This document shows positions 36,411 through 49,763 of a stretch of 64,000 bases of DNA, piece after piece. This DNA comes from Felis catus (lineage: Eukaryota). Each line of letters starts with the position of its first letter. Position 1 is the first letter of the stretch. The notes under the pieces are model-generated. The model made no database searches, was not told the DNA's origin, and was given only the letters and a program-made list of their open reading frames with translations. Made by a program: the position numbers and the translations under genes. The stretch lies in assembly GCF_018350175.1 (NCBI RefSeq), contig NC_058368.1, positions 77,192,001 to 77,256,000 of the forward strand, read 5' to 3'.

Positions 36411-36489
36411 CTCCATCTGAGGCTTTTCTTATGTCCCTTTTCCCCACAATTATTTTACTTTATCTTGGATTATTATTATCCATCTTCTA

Positions 36490-36701
36490 CGTTTATTTAT
36501 TTATTTTTTTTATTTTTGGGACAGAGAGAAACAGAGCATGAACGGGGGAGGGCAGAGAGAGAGGGAGACACAGAATCGGAAACAGGCTCCAGGCTCCGAG
36601 CCATCAGCCCAGAGCCCGAAGCGGGGCTCGAACCCACGGACCGCGAGATCGTGACCTGGCTGAAGTCGGACGCTTAACCGACTGCGCCACCCAGGTGCCC
36701 C
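36490..36701 (-). mobile_element. CanSINE (SINEC_Fc-type)
   Basis: Near-consensus body. Partial TSD ATTAT..CATCTTCTA on both sides. Confidence 0.96.
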
Positions 36702-37779
36702 AATTATGGCATCTTCTAAATGAACACGCCACAAATTCAGAAATTGTGCTACTTCAGGGCACTGAGGGTGGAAATGTGCCTTTTTTCTGTGACCTAAAGA
36801 CAAGCCAAACCCAGAATCCACCCAAATCAGTCTGTTGAGACCCAAACCCAGTGCACCTCCCTTTGCTGTCTCCATCAGTCAGCGCTCAGGGGAAGCCTGG
36901 CCATCTTCCGATGCTGCGTGGTGATCACCGCTCCCTGTGTCCCGCTTCTGCCCTCCATCCACCTCCCGAAGCCCTCTGCGAGGCAGACACCCTGTGTCCT
37001 CTAATCCTTCTTCTGGCATTCCCCCCAGCCTCTTGCATTCTCACCAGGCTCCGGTCTGGGGCCGGAATCCACCCTGCAGCTCCCCATGGCTGCTGTGCGT
37101 TCTCTCGCACTTGACGTCCTTCAGGACAGGACACGCATCGGCCCGCCCCGCTCCCCATTGCTGCCTTCAGATCAACAGCTCCTCCGCTTATGAATATGAA
37201 GCTACAGCAGCAACGAATCCAAGTTTTCTGAGGCCTAAGGTGTTTCACACAAGTCTCCACGTCTCTTGCTATTACCTACTTTCTAACCTCAAAAGTGTCA
37301 TGGCTTCTGCACATCACTTGGAGTTCTCTTCTTTCTCAAGGTCTGTCAGCAGCGTGGGTGACTCCTGTACCTGTGGGCGCCTCTCCATCCCTGGACCAAT
37401 GACCTCATCATTGGTTTGCTTCCTAATTGGACCACAATCCCCTTCCAGTTTGTGGCCTGTCCTGAAGTTTATAGCTATGCGCCTTCTCCTTAGTGGTCCA
37501 AGCTGGGCCGTTTGCTTCTAGACTCGCTCTCATCCTGGGATTGACCTTGCCTCCTCTTCGTTTGGATGCACCATTGCCTGACTCCCAGGGTTGGATCCAT
37601 TGCTGCCCAAATCCCACGGCTCATCCTTTTGTATTTTCTCCCACCTGCTTTTGGTGGCTTATATTTGCACGAATTTTCGGAGAAGGGTCTACGAGAGGCA
37701 AAATTTAGGGATCCCGAATGTTAGGCAAGGTTTCTAGCATCTCAATTTGGTTTATCATGTGAGTCCCAAATCATATTCC

Positions 37780-38330
37780 GACAGGTTTTAAAGGAATTTC
37801 TCCTCCCACCGGCGTTGCTGACAAGGGATCTGACAGCCATGCCTCTGTGTTCTTTGATGGGACACCCCTCCCGTCCCTTACAGAAGTATGTGAGACTTTT
37901 ATCTCTGCTGTTGTGGGAATGCCTCACACTGTACCTCAGCATGGGCCTTTTGCATCCATTTTTCTTTATACTCATTGGATTCTTTTGATCTGAAGACAGG
38001 TGACTTTTTCAGGTTTGGGGAATTCTTTCTCTGTTATGTCTTGATAATCTCCTTTTTTTTTTTTTTTTCTTTTCTCAGTTTGTGACATGCATTATTTGCA
38101 TATTAGGCCTCCTGGATTTGTCCTCTATGCTTTCTATGTTCTTCTGGATTTTCTACTTTTATAAAGTTGTTACACATTCTGGCAGATTGCCTGGATTTTA
38201 TTTTCTGTCTCTTTCACTGATGTACGCGTTTTTGATTTCATCAACCACATACAGTTTCTTGCCAGTCTTCATTGCGCTTTTCTCTTAGAATTCTGTTTGA
38301 AACAGATTTTTCCCCAAACCTTTCTAATTT
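37780..38330 (-). mobile_element. Ancient L1 (ORF1-region) relic
   Basis: Antisense L1-like motifs, e.g. TTCAGGTTTGGGGAATTCTTTCTCTGTTATGTC and ATTAGGCCTCCTGGATTTGTCCTCTATG. Confidence 0.5.
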
Positions 38331-38344
38331 TATAAAGAAGAGGT

Positions 38345-38414
38345 CTCCTTCTTCTTCCTCTCCTTTCTTTCTTTCTCTCTTTCGTTTCTTTTCTTTTCTT
38401 TTCTTTCTCTTTTT

Positions 38415-38502
<88 letters not shown>
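38345..38502. repeat. (TTTC)n compound microsatellite
   Basis: Direct reading. Confidence 0.95.
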
Positions 38503-38503
<1 letters not shown>

Positions 38504-39364
38504 TAAAATTCTCTTTCGTTTCTGAATCGGGTTTCCTGTTCGTTTTCTCCATCTTGCCTTTTCATACTGATGAGGTTCCTCCTTGACACTGGCTCCTTTT
38601 TAAGACTGAAAAGATAGGGAAGCTGGTTGGGGTTTTCTCTACTGCAACACAGGAAAGCCCACCTCTACATACACACTTTCAGGCTTCTCCCTTCTGTGGG
38701 CAGACTGGCTGGGAGCCCCTGAAATGTGGGGACAGCCTGTCTCCTAGCCAGCTTCCCTCCAGCCAAGGGGCAGAGCCTTCTGTTGGCTGCAGGGACCTCC
38801 TCTTACCAAAAGAAACTGTCAGAACTGGGGACTGTCGCAGCCACATTGTTTCTCCTGTTGTCGTTGTTGTTGTTTCAGTGATAATAAACCCCTGGTTACC
38901 TCTGCATGGAAGACCTTCCGTGAAAATAAATAACTATTCACATGGTGGCCCTGTTTTTAGCCATATTAGTTGATCCCATCCTGTCCCATACCTGCCAGTT
39001 TTCTATTATATCACCACCTGTGGGTTCAGAGGCACAGAATGGCTTCACCTTCCCTGGGGCCCCTTCACAGGGGAGTTCCATTCTGGGTTCCATTACCTTT
39101 GTTCAGCTCCATACGCCTAGAGCCTTGGCTTGGCTTTCTGTCTTCCTGTAACTCATTGATAACATACATCTGATAATGACTTCCTCTCCTCTTCTCTTCT
39201 TTTTCTTTATAGCTGTGGATTTATTTCTTTTTATACTTCTGATGGACTCTAAGAGAAACGGGAAGTGTTCCATGCACTTTCCTTCTGCCGACGTGAACCT
39301 GCAGCTCTCATCCCAAGTTAAAAAATTCATGAATGAAGAATTATTTCTGAGGAATTATTAATTA

Positions 39365-39560
39365 TTAAGCACAAAGCTTGAGACTCTCCTCTGCATCAGC
39401 TCGCTAACTTCCTATAATGACCCTAAGCGTTCCCATTTTACAAGTGAGGAAATTAAGGTCCAGGGAAGTCTACTAATTGCCCGGGGTGGCATAGCTTTTA
39501 AATGGTATTTCAACTCAGGCCTTCTGATTCTAACCTGTGTGTGCTACTATTTATGCCATA
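39365..39560 (-). mobile_element. MIR
   Basis: TCCCATTTTACAAGTGAGGAAATTAAGGTCCAGGGAAG...TTGCCCGGGG...AACTCAGGCCTTCTGATTC. Confidence 0.75.
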
Positions 39561-39867
39561 GCTGAAAAGAAGCTAGCCGTCGTAGACTTTGGGGAAGGTT
39601 GGCAATAATAACCAAAAATGAGAATTTTGTACAACATCACTTCCGTGAGATACAGGGTCTGGATCTCTTTTGACCACTGGTGAGCAAACATTATTCTCAG
39701 CCTGTCTCTGGAAGCTTATAGAAGTAGGGAATCATAACTTGCCGTTGAGAAACAGGATCAGTATTTTTGAGAAGGAAAAACATTTGAGGACAGAATTAGG
39801 ATCCAGAATGGCCACAACAGGCATGACTAGAAAAATCATATTTAAGCAGACTATGTGACATATGGAT

Positions 39868-40036
39868 AGGATTATCTGATTTAGCAAATAAAAATATAGG
39901 ACCTCCAGTTGCATTTGAATTTCAGGTAGACAGTAAATAATTTTTCCAGTATAAATATGTCCCACTAAGAAATGAGTTATTGTTTATCTGAAATTCAAAT
40001 TTTCCTGGACTTCCTGTGTTTTATCTGGCAACAGTA
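39868..40036. mobile_element. MER53-like palindromic hAT MITE (centre deleted)
   Basis: GATTTAGCAAATAAAAATATAGGACCTCCAGTTGCATTTGAATTTCAG...CTGAAATTCAAATTTTCCTGGACTTCCTGTGTTTTATCTGGCAAC. The arms are mutually inverted. Confidence 0.85.
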
Positions 40037-40234
40037 CATAGAAATAAATGCATTTTCATGAATTTCAGCCTTAAAGCGCAGTTATACAATTGTAGGATGA
40101 GGAACTCTGATAGAGGTTCCTGTAAGAAGACTTATTGTTTAGGTACATTGTGATATCACTATGAGTCTATAGTGCGCTTAAAAAAAAATAATGCGATCTG
40201 AGGCTAGATTTAAAAAAACAGACAACCTAAAGAA

Positions 40235-40410
40235 ATGCTTCTGAAATATGGGGTGAGGGATACCTGTCCATGAAACCCAGACTATTTTGTTTAAAAGGCA
40301 GCTTTCTGGGCCCCTAGTAACCTGAATGTCTAGGAACAAAGCTTAGAAATAATCCATTTTTAACAAGTTCCCGGATAATTCTTGGACACGCAAAAGTTTG
40401 AGAACTGCTT
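40235..40410. mobile_element. MER5-like hAT MITE
   Basis: CATTTTTAACAAGTTCCCGGATAATTCTTGGACACGCAAAAGTTTGAGAACTGCT end motif. Confidence 0.75.
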
Positions 40411-41300
40411 CATAAAGAAAACTGAGATGTCTCGCCAGGAGCTGGCCAGGCCACCCTCAGCAAACTGTGTTCAGTCCCTGGTGCTTCATGTTGGGAACAC
40501 ACACCCTGAGACAGGAGGCTGGGTCTGTCCTGATTCTCCACACACGACACAGGAGCCAGCGCTGTTCAGCCCAGAGAATTCTGGAGAAGATGCGAGAGCT
40601 TTATTCAGTTCAATTGTAGAAGAAGGCTTGGATTTTTGTCCAATGTGTGCCCAGGAGTTAGAATTAGGATCCAGTAATAGAAATCTTGAGCAAAGCTGGG
40701 TTTACTATAAGGATGAATTATCTCACCATTATACTATCTAAACATGGAGGGAACCTCCTTTTGAGAACTTGCCAACATCACTGGATGTTCTGAAAATGAA
40801 GGATGAAGTCTTACCAGAGAGTCTCTCGATGGGTTGCCCTCAGAGGCTGGCCTGAGGGTGAATTCTCCAAGTGAGCGCTCAAAACACCCCTGCCCGTAAA
40901 TCTCAGACTCCATATTGAGAACCAGCATGCTGTTCACTGAGATGGATTAAAATAATTAAAACGTGAAAATTTTGTACAAAATTAGAATAACCAGGCTTCT
41001 GAGTTTTGAACAGAGTAGAAAATATTGGCGGTGCTATAATGACTTTCAAAATCATGCTGGACAAGGGACCTCAGGCTCTTCAAGAAATGTCGATGTTGAC
41101 AGAAGGGTTTCTTTCAAGGGTAGGGTTTGTTAGGGGCAAACGGTGGAATCCTTTTTTGCAGAGTGAAATCTTTCCGACAAGATTGAGTCAAAGTCAGCTA
41201 AAGTGTGAAGTGGGCAGTGAGATGCAAGGGAATGTTAAAATTTTGTGTCACCTTTGGAAATCACCTGATCCTTAGGTAGCTTTTAAAAACACCCTTTCCT

Positions 41301-41507
41301 GGGCTCCTGGGTGGCTCAGTTGGTTGAGCATCCGACTCTTGATTTTGGCTCAGGTCATGATCCCAGGGTGGTGGGATCGAGCCCGGCGAAGGTCTCTGTG
41401 CTGAGTGTAGAGCCTGCCTGAGATTCTCTCTCTCTCTGCCCCTCCCCTGCTCCTGCTCTCTCTCTTTCTCTCTCCAAATATAAAATAAATCTTAAAAAAA
41501 TAAAAAT
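41301..41507 (+). mobile_element. Older CanSINE
   Basis: GGGCTCCTGGGTGGCTCAGTTGGTTGAGCATCCGACTCTTGATTTTGG head. TSD AAA(C/T)ACCCTTTCCT on both sides. Confidence 0.95.
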
Positions 41508-41784
41508 AAATACCCTTTCCTTTAAAACGAAACATGCATAATCTGGATGGCCACATATATTTCTTTTAAAAGTATGAATAAGAATTCATTCATTCTTTTT
41601 GAACTTGGATGTTTGAAAGTGCTGGGTACATTTCACCTTTCTGTACAAACCAGCTGCCACCCAGCACACTTGGGTCCATATCTGAAGTGAAATGTGCTAA
41701 ACTGTCGGTAGGGGGGAAGGAAAGGCGTTTTCACCTGCAGTGCATGTCGATTTCACTGGCTGATGCAGCTGCCTAGGAACTAAG

Positions 41785-41785
<1 letters not shown>

Positions 41786-41824
<39 letters not shown>
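41786..41824. repeat. (TG)n microsatellite
   Basis: Direct reading. Confidence 0.97.
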
Positions 41825-41826
<2 letters not shown>

Positions 41827-42049
41827 CCTTTTCGTAACACAATGAATTTTAAAAAGCGAGCCCACTCATTACTCAAATTACCAAGGTCTTACTCACCAAG
41901 GGATGTGATTTCACTGGAGTCCTGGGAGTTATGCAATGCCCTTAGACCCTGGGGAGTGTGTCCCTTCTTCTTATTGTGATTATTTTAATCGTCCGCTTTG
42001 GCCTTTGGCCTTTACTTTGCTTTCCTGAGGAAAAGATTGAAACAACAAC

Positions 42050-43100
42050 AACAACAAAACACACACAAAAAACCAAAGCTGAGCAAGAAGTAATGAGGGC
42101 TAGGAGCCTGGTGAGTAAGCAGCTGGGGGCAGCGCGGGGGATGGGCCACAGAGGAACGGTTGGGGGTGGGGGGTCAGGGTCCACCAGGGATCCAGTCCCA
42201 CGGTGGAAGCCAGCAAAGGGGAAGAGGGAGTGAGTACCTCTGGTGGTGGGGTTCCTGCTGTGGGTGGAGAGAAGCTGAAGGAAGGGTGGGCTGCCTTGGG
42301 GAGGGAACCCATGAAAACCTGGCCTTGGACTGGTCCAGGGAGGAGACAGCAGGGCCAACGCCTAAGCTCTAAATGAAAGCATTCTATTTTTAATTTCAAT
42401 GACTCTATGAAAAGACATACAAGACCCAGAGGGCCGACCCGGAGGTACAGGCTCTTTGGACGATTGGGGCTTTCTGGGCCATCTTTTGTGCCTTTTTTTT
42501 TTTTTTTTTTTTTTTTTGCCGTCACTCTGAACCTTCTGGTGACTCCCGGCACAGCAAAGAAGGTGAGAAACCTGTGCTGTGGGGCAGGGGCGAGGTGAAG
42601 GAGGACAGGGGCAAGAGCCGGGCCCAAGGGGCGACGCAGGTGCACAGCCGGCCTGAGCCTGGCCACGTGTGCTGCTCAGTGGCGTCGAATCTCAACGAAA
42701 AAACAAAAAGCTGGGACGAAGAAGTCAATTGCTAGTTTTTGCGTGCTGAGAGACAAAATGGAGTCAGGAGTGTGCAGGTGGCTTCCTGGGGGCACGTCAC
42801 CAAACACAGCGGCTTTTCCAGGAAGCCCCGAAGCCCTCCTACTGCATTTTAATTCATATTTTGATGCCCGCATTTTTGTTTCTTTGGTCAGAAATTGCTT
42901 CACATAAAACTATATATATTTATATCCTTTTTCTTTTCTTTTCTTTTCTTTTTTTCTGGTCTGGTAGAACTAATAGGATTTACCTTTCAGATAAACAGAC
43001 GGTTTCTGCTGTTATATCCTGCCCTCTGCTGGCCGCTTCCGTTGTGTTTTTACCGGCTGCTGGACCAAGGGTTTAAGAATGAGGTTGGATTAATTTAAAT
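42050..43100. promoter_or_regulatory. Candidate enhancer or lncRNA promoter-proximal region
   Basis: GC-rich and non-repetitive. CACGTG (42664), ACGTCA (42794), TTCCAGGAA (42816) and consensus 5' splice sites on the + strand. Function is inferred only. Confidence 0.3.
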
Positions 43101-46100
43101 AAATAAATAAATCTGACTTTATTTTTAACTCCTTATGAAGCAAACCCCCAAAATACCTAAGCTCTTGCCACATTTAAAATAATACATAGATCGGAAGAAT
43201 GTTATTTCTTAACTTCTCTGTACCTTCCCAAAAGTATAGTGGACCTTTTATTTTAAAATAAAACCAGAATTTGGCTCCCTGGTATTACCTTTCTGCTTTC
43301 ATGTCCGGAAGACTATTCTTATGAGGCTAGAAATTCTTGGGCTAATTTTTGGGCCTGAAGATGAAATCCTGTAACTTTCCAAAATATCAGACCCCATCAA
43401 TAATCCACGATGTGTAAAGAGATCATCCTAGTCCAAAATAAAAGAGTAAAGTGACCAAAGCAGGGAAAGATCCCTGAAGTCCACGCAAAACTTTGCCAGA
43501 GACAAACTTGAGAGACAGTTCCTAAATACTAGGGTATATAGATCTGTTCACTAGCAACAGTCACCAGACCCTTTCGTGCTTTGGAATAACTTAAAACAAA
43601 TGTTCATAAACCACGCAGTAGATTCATGCTTACTTGTCAAAGCAAGTTGGTGAGTTAGTAGCAAAATGTGGATTAGAATTAATTGTCTCAAAATCCGTAG
43701 CCCATTGCTTTGTCTGCTGAACAACGTTCTGCCTTTAATAGAAATTAGGAGAAAGAATTTGGTGGGTCACACACACTTTATTGCAAAACCAAGGTTCAGT
43801 GGTGAATTCTAATTAAAGTCATTTTGTTAGTTATAAAAAAACAACTTTAAAACCTCTTGAAAAAGGCAAACCACGATGGCGGGGAAATGGATTGATCATT
43901 GTTTATTTAGCTGAAGTCTGCTTTAGAATTACTTATGTTCTGTTGTTCATAATTATTTGGGGTTTTGGAGGGGTCTCATGTGGCTTTTCCTCGGGTTCTT
44001 TAAAAAGAGCCGAGTCGCACACATCTCCATTTGGTTCTGGTTGAGTAAACTTCTTCAGCGTATTGGGATGTCACATCACTTCCTGGATGAACAGTTGGCT
44101 GCTGAGAGCAGGTTTATTTAAAGCAAGAAACTCGTTTAAATAAGTCTTTGGTCACGCTGTCAAGGGGGTTGTTAATGCGCCATGAGCAACGACTATACAT
44201 GCATGGGGACGTTTATGAAAGAATCTCTGGTTTTCGGACGATGTAGGTCTTCACGACGTCTTTTTTGTACATCTAAGACTTTATGTTCATTTTATTATAC
44301 ACAGTCTTAATTTGAGTCTGAAAAGGGGAGCTCCAGGGCAGACATAAAATTAACTTCTCTTTCAGTGTCCTAACCTTTTGGTTTTAATTTATTCACTTGT
44401 CAATCTCATGAATGCCTCATGAACTCCAGCCATTGATTTCCGTGGCCAATGCTATTTTTCCTGTTTATGATAATATATTGTCCCATTGTTGCTGGCCGTT
44501 TGCACTCAGTTAAATTTCCCACACAGCGGACAGGAAACTGTTCCATGGCATCAGACTTCCTTGGATTGATTTTCACAGAGGCAGGGAGGGACCTGGCCAC
44601 TTCTGGGCTCTTTGTGTGGAGCCTGCCCCAGGCCCCAGTAAACTGCCTGTGTGGACACTTCCTTCCAGGCACCCAGAGCAGACGGTCCCACGCAGCTCCT
44701 GGGAAAAGCCTCTTATCAGTGCCGAATATTATGTCATTTCTTTTTACATATGATGTTTATTGTCTTTAGAGCCCGCTCTGTGGGAATGTTCTTTTCAAGG
44801 GCGACAATGGGGAACCACAGAACAAACCTGGTGAAATCACTCAGGCCTGGCGCTGCGGGCCTAGCAGCCGCTTTATAATTAGAAAACAAGCCGCTCAGCC
44901 ACAAAACAAACGATGTTTTTACACTCTCTGGCTACTGAATTATTTATTAATAAAAAGCTTTATCACCAAGTGCATCATCCGCCACCCTACATGTAGTTAT
45001 AAAAAACACTGAGAACCCATTTGGGCCGTGCCAAGGAGCTCTGTTTCTTGTTTTGTTTTGTTTTGTTTTTCTTTAAGTCAATGTTTGTGTTGCTATTTTG
45101 AGTTTCACTAAACACTCTAAAGCTTTTCTAGGCAAATGTCCGCCTGTATCCCAGTGAGTTGGGATTTAAGAGACACCTGCCTAACGTGTACTCAGCTCTC
45201 AGTCTGAAATACTTTTACACTCAACAGTTTGTCTTAGGTAGCACATGTGGGTGTTTTGCGTCTTAAAAAAGTAGATCGCCACAATGGCTGACCCGTTTAT
45301 GTGTGTACCAGCGAAGTCAAAACTTTAAAAAATCTTTTTGTAACTTTGCCTTTTTAGCAACGCATCTGCCTTTTCGGGACTTGTTGATTGCAAAAGCTAA
45401 CACACAGTGCAGTAGACGACTTGCTAAAAATCAGGTGCCATCCTTTGAAAATGATGATTAATTCACACTCTGAAATCATCCCCCCCAGGAGCTCATTCCC
45501 AATTAGACCCCGCCCCCCCCCATAGTAAACAGTTCCCCCGGAAGCCAGTTCTACAACCACAGCTGGACCCCCATGGGAGGCACCTATATTAAAACACTTT
45601 GCGTTTGTTTGGTTCCTCCTCCCCCCACCCCCCCACCCCCGCTCCCCGTGTAGAAGATTTCAGAGGGAAAGGGATAAAATGACTCAGACTTTACCAAGGA
45701 GACTCAGAGTTGTCAACACAGATGAATCTATTGTGGGGAGGATGGGGGCCGGGGCCGGGCTGCTCAATTTCCACTTCAGAGTTGTAATTGTTTGGGACAA
45801 ATCATTTCCCTCTGTGAAAATCAATGGCCAGTTTATAGATCTGTTGAGTGAATTAATGGTTTCGATCAATTGAAAATGGAATCTTATTCATTGGCATCAG
45901 CAACGGGCAATACTTACAGGGTTTGAACGAGCTTCATTAAATCATTTCCCAAGTTTAGACATAGTTGAATGGGCCAGATGGCAACTAGGTTCTCAGACGA
46001 AACAAGTTGTGGACATACACATTTCTATCTTGTTGATTTGGAAACTGAAAGTCGCAGGCATCCCATATGCAATTGAATCCCATTTATCTCTCTGGAACAA

Positions 46101-48699
46101 GTCACTTGGATGGGAAATGAGCCCTTCTTTTTACCATTCTGTTTGTTCAGTTGGACTGTTTTCCTTTTGGGGGGAAGGAGTTCTTTTGCAGTGGATACGT
46201 ACGGGGAATCAAAATGAGATGACCAGATCGTTTAATTTGACTCGAATAGATACAGGGAAATGGCCCGCGTAGATAGGTTCTGCGTTAGGGTGACATATTG
46301 GTAAGTGGAATGCATCTTGGGAGAATTTTTTCTCCCCTCTTGTGAAGTGATTGATATTATAGTTTCTGGATTTGATCAAATTCACAGTACAGACAAGCAA
46401 GCCACGCAGAAGGTGGGCTACCAGTTTAATTACAGATTTATGTTCCTTCTCTAATGGATATGCCTGGTGTCGTATTTCTTGTGTGCTCTCTTCTTAAGCT
46501 GTAGTTTCAGTATCTTGGTCAAGAGCAACAGATTGTGTGTATTGGACCCAAATATTTTTGCTCACAAATTTCCCTACGTGGTGACTGGAAAAAAAAATCC
46601 CAGATAAAAGGGTACAAAAATATGTCAAACTACCTTTAAGAAAAATGCTCCCTATTTCCCCGGGGCATGCAGAAGATAGCGATTCTCCCTGAACTCTGAC
46701 TTTAGAGTCAGGGGTTATTCCAGGAAGAGCAGGAAACAAATTTGTGGGGAAGGAGATCTACTGGAGAGCCGGGGGAAGGGATAGGAGCATGCTTAACAAA
46801 GAGTTTGTTTTGGGGGAGTAACCTAAGGATACTCTAAAATTTCTGGCTTGAGGTTTTGGCTTGCCGATAGCACTAATATTGATGATTGGGAAAATATTAA
46901 GAGGCACCCCTTTTGGTTGGGAAGCTGAGGAGATCACAGGCCCGCTTTAGGGTGTGTGGGATGACACAGGTGCCAGCCTGTGGCACATCCAGACTTCTGC
47001 ATCCAGAACGTGATGGCTCTGAGCACAGGTAGAAAGAAGGGGACAGGGCAGGGTTGTGAATGTCCGGTCTATATACATTGTCAAAACCTTGAGAATACCA
47101 AGATCGCCCAGGGTGATGAGAGAGGGGAGACCAGTGGACCAAAGAAAAAAACCCAAGGAACACCAGTTTTAATGGCATGGAGAGGAGGACCTCAAGTTGA
47201 GTTCTAAAAACACTATGTAGAAGAAGAATCCTAAGGGACTAGTGTCATAGTCATGACTGTATCAGCTGATCCTTCTACAATCTTTACAGGGAGCATTTGT
47301 CATGGAACGATGCCTCTTTATCTGGAAACTGCATCAGGAGTTGATAAACTCTGGCAAGAAGAGCGTGGGGTTGTAAGGCTTGATCCATATATACTCTACA
47401 AGTAATTTATGTAAATTGTACGGTGAGGAGGGACTATCAACATAGGAATGTTTTCACTCTGTATCTCTTAGTCTGGCCTTGGAAAAAAAAATTTTTAATC
47501 TAATTGGTTTTGTTAAATGATTCATGAATAGAGCAGCACCCCACAGAGCAAGTAGAGGGGAACTCCCTTTAGGAATGGTTTTTATGCTTTTTATTTTATG
47601 CTATTTTTGTTAAAGTCCACAGGAAACACCCCTCTCAGGGTCCCAGAGGACAGAAAAAAGATTGCAACAGCATCACATCATTGTGAATCCTCTCAAAAAT
47701 GAAAGAGGGAGGCAGTTCATCCCCACAAGGGAAGAGTATTCATTAGGTTATGTCCATGGAGACCGTGGATGAATTTCTTTTCTCGGGTAGCTTTTTCTCT
47801 ACCTAACTTGTGAAATAGCTTAAGGAAATGGACGTTCCCAGCAAAGGGCAGAGAAAACTGTATTTCTAGCAAATAGAATCTGTTAAAAGTCAAACAAACA
47901 AATCTTCTGATTGGTATCTCTCTCTGAAGCTTTAAAGATCCACCTATTAAATTAAACACTGAGTTAAAAAAAAAATACCACTTGACAGGTTTGTACATTG
48001 GAGATTGAAATTTGGTTGAGGGAAGTTCTAAAGTACTGAGTGATTACGGAGACCCCAGCAGATCAGGGCTGGAGAGTGTCTAGGAGTTCTGACGAGAAGG
48101 ACCTCTTTGCCACCCTTTGTCAGAGTCACTTCTGTGGAGTCCTGGAGGCAGAGCACAGATGGGGGTTGGTGGAAGCATCCACGGAAGGTGACAAAGAGAG
48201 GGAAGGGGAGGAAGAGGTCACTTCTATCGCTTTCGAGCAGCTCGGCTGAGAAGCCAACGAAAGCTAAAGGCAGGAGCAAGGAAGCTACAAGGAGTCGGAG
48301 GGACGTTGTTGATTTCATTTCCTTTTGTGAAATAAGCCGCGTTGCTTAGAAGTTAGGGAGACAAGTGAGGGAGGGAGGACCAGGAAGAAATAACAGGAGA
48401 GCATAAGGATGTGGGAGCCGGGGAAGGGGACAGGAGGAGCCTTTTCTCTTCTGACTTGTGAGAAGAGACCGTAATAAGACGTAATAAGACGTGATCGTAA
48501 TAAGCAGGAGCCCCACCCTCTGCCGCTGTCTTACACGCGCACCTGTCTCTCGAGCACAGCTGTCTTCCGAGGTCCACATGACACCCCCGCCAGGATGTCT
48601 TCTCCTGAAGCTACGACTCCTTGGTTCTAACTCGACAGACGAGATACCTGGGTGGATTTTAGGGGACTTTCTTGGTCCTGTGTCCCCCGACTGTTCCCT

Positions 48700-49560
48700 T
48701 GCAATTTGCCCTGTAATTCATTTCTCCCCCTTCCTTTGGTCCAATCCACGCGGGCTGCCAAAACAACTTTCCTAGAACACATTTAATTCTCTTGGTTTGA
48801 AATTCTGTAATGATTGTCCCTCAACTCCTTTTGGATAGGCTCCAACCTCTTTAGCTTGGAAGATGAGACGATGAGCCCCACGCGGGTGTCCTTGCGCATC
48901 TGGTCACCCCCTTTCCTCATATGTACCTAATGTCCGGTCAAGCCAACCCGTAGCTCATCAACCACATTGTGCGCTCCCTGGAGAGTGTCAGCCTGGGTCC
49001 ACCTTCTCATTCACCGTTTAGGGATTTTGTAAACCAGGGCACATTACTTTCCATGTCTCCGGGCTTTCTGATCTGTCAGGTGGGGGCCAGTAGCCTTCTT
49101 ACCTTCTTGGGTGGTTGGCAGGATTAAATAAGGCAGTAGTTTAAGCCCTTGGACCAGGTTCTGGCTCAGAAAACATGTTCCAAGGTTAGCTGTCATTATG
49201 GTTCCACGTCTTCGCTCCTTTCTTTTTTAGTAGCTGGTTTCTGTCTGCCTGCTGTGCCCTCCCACAGTCCTTCCAACGCAAAATTCCCATCTTTTCAAGA
49301 TTCAGTCTAAATGCTAACTCTTCTGTCAAGCGTCCCCAAACATCCTCAAGCATCAGCCTGATCCACCCTTGCTTTCAAGGTTCTACTTTTCTACCCTGCG
49401 TTCTACTGTTTTTCTGTGAGCGTATAGGGAGCCCCATGATAGCCCTCTGCCCAGTGGAATTAATCACATGTCTGTGTCTGCCGGGGAATTATAAAGCTTG
49501 TGCAAGAGCAAAGGTCAGGTGTATCCACTGTTGTACTTCCAGCACTTTATAAAAATGTTA
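48700..49560 (+). mobile_element. L2 relic with an embedded MIR fragment (about 49040-49200)
   Basis: GCTGCCAAAACAACTTTCCTAGAAC...CCAACCTCTTTAGCTTGG and CATCTTTTCAAGATTCAGTCTAAATGCTAACTCTTCTG (L2). GGCAGGATTAAATAAG (MIR). Confidence 0.55.
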
Positions 49561-49714
49561 TCTTCTCATTAATCTTAATTAAATACCAATATCATCCTTC
49601 GAGGGTTAATGTATCTGTGTTCCGGAAAAGTACTATACAGACAAATTGGAGATCAGGCTAAACTAGAGAGTCTTAATTTTGTGGGGCCTCTGTCACAATG
49701 TTGAAAGCAGAATT

Positions 49715-49717
<3 letters not shown>

Positions 49718-49763
<46 letters not shown>

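Noticed and set aside
36937..37521. Longest ORF (194 aa)
   Set aside because: Non-ATG start, Ser/Pro-rich composition expected from GC-rich non-coding DNA, no recognisable domain and no exon structure.
42100..42666. 188-aa minus-strand ORF
   Set aside because: It runs through a poly-T tract (poly-Lys), has no recognisable homology, and overlaps equally long ORFs in other frames.
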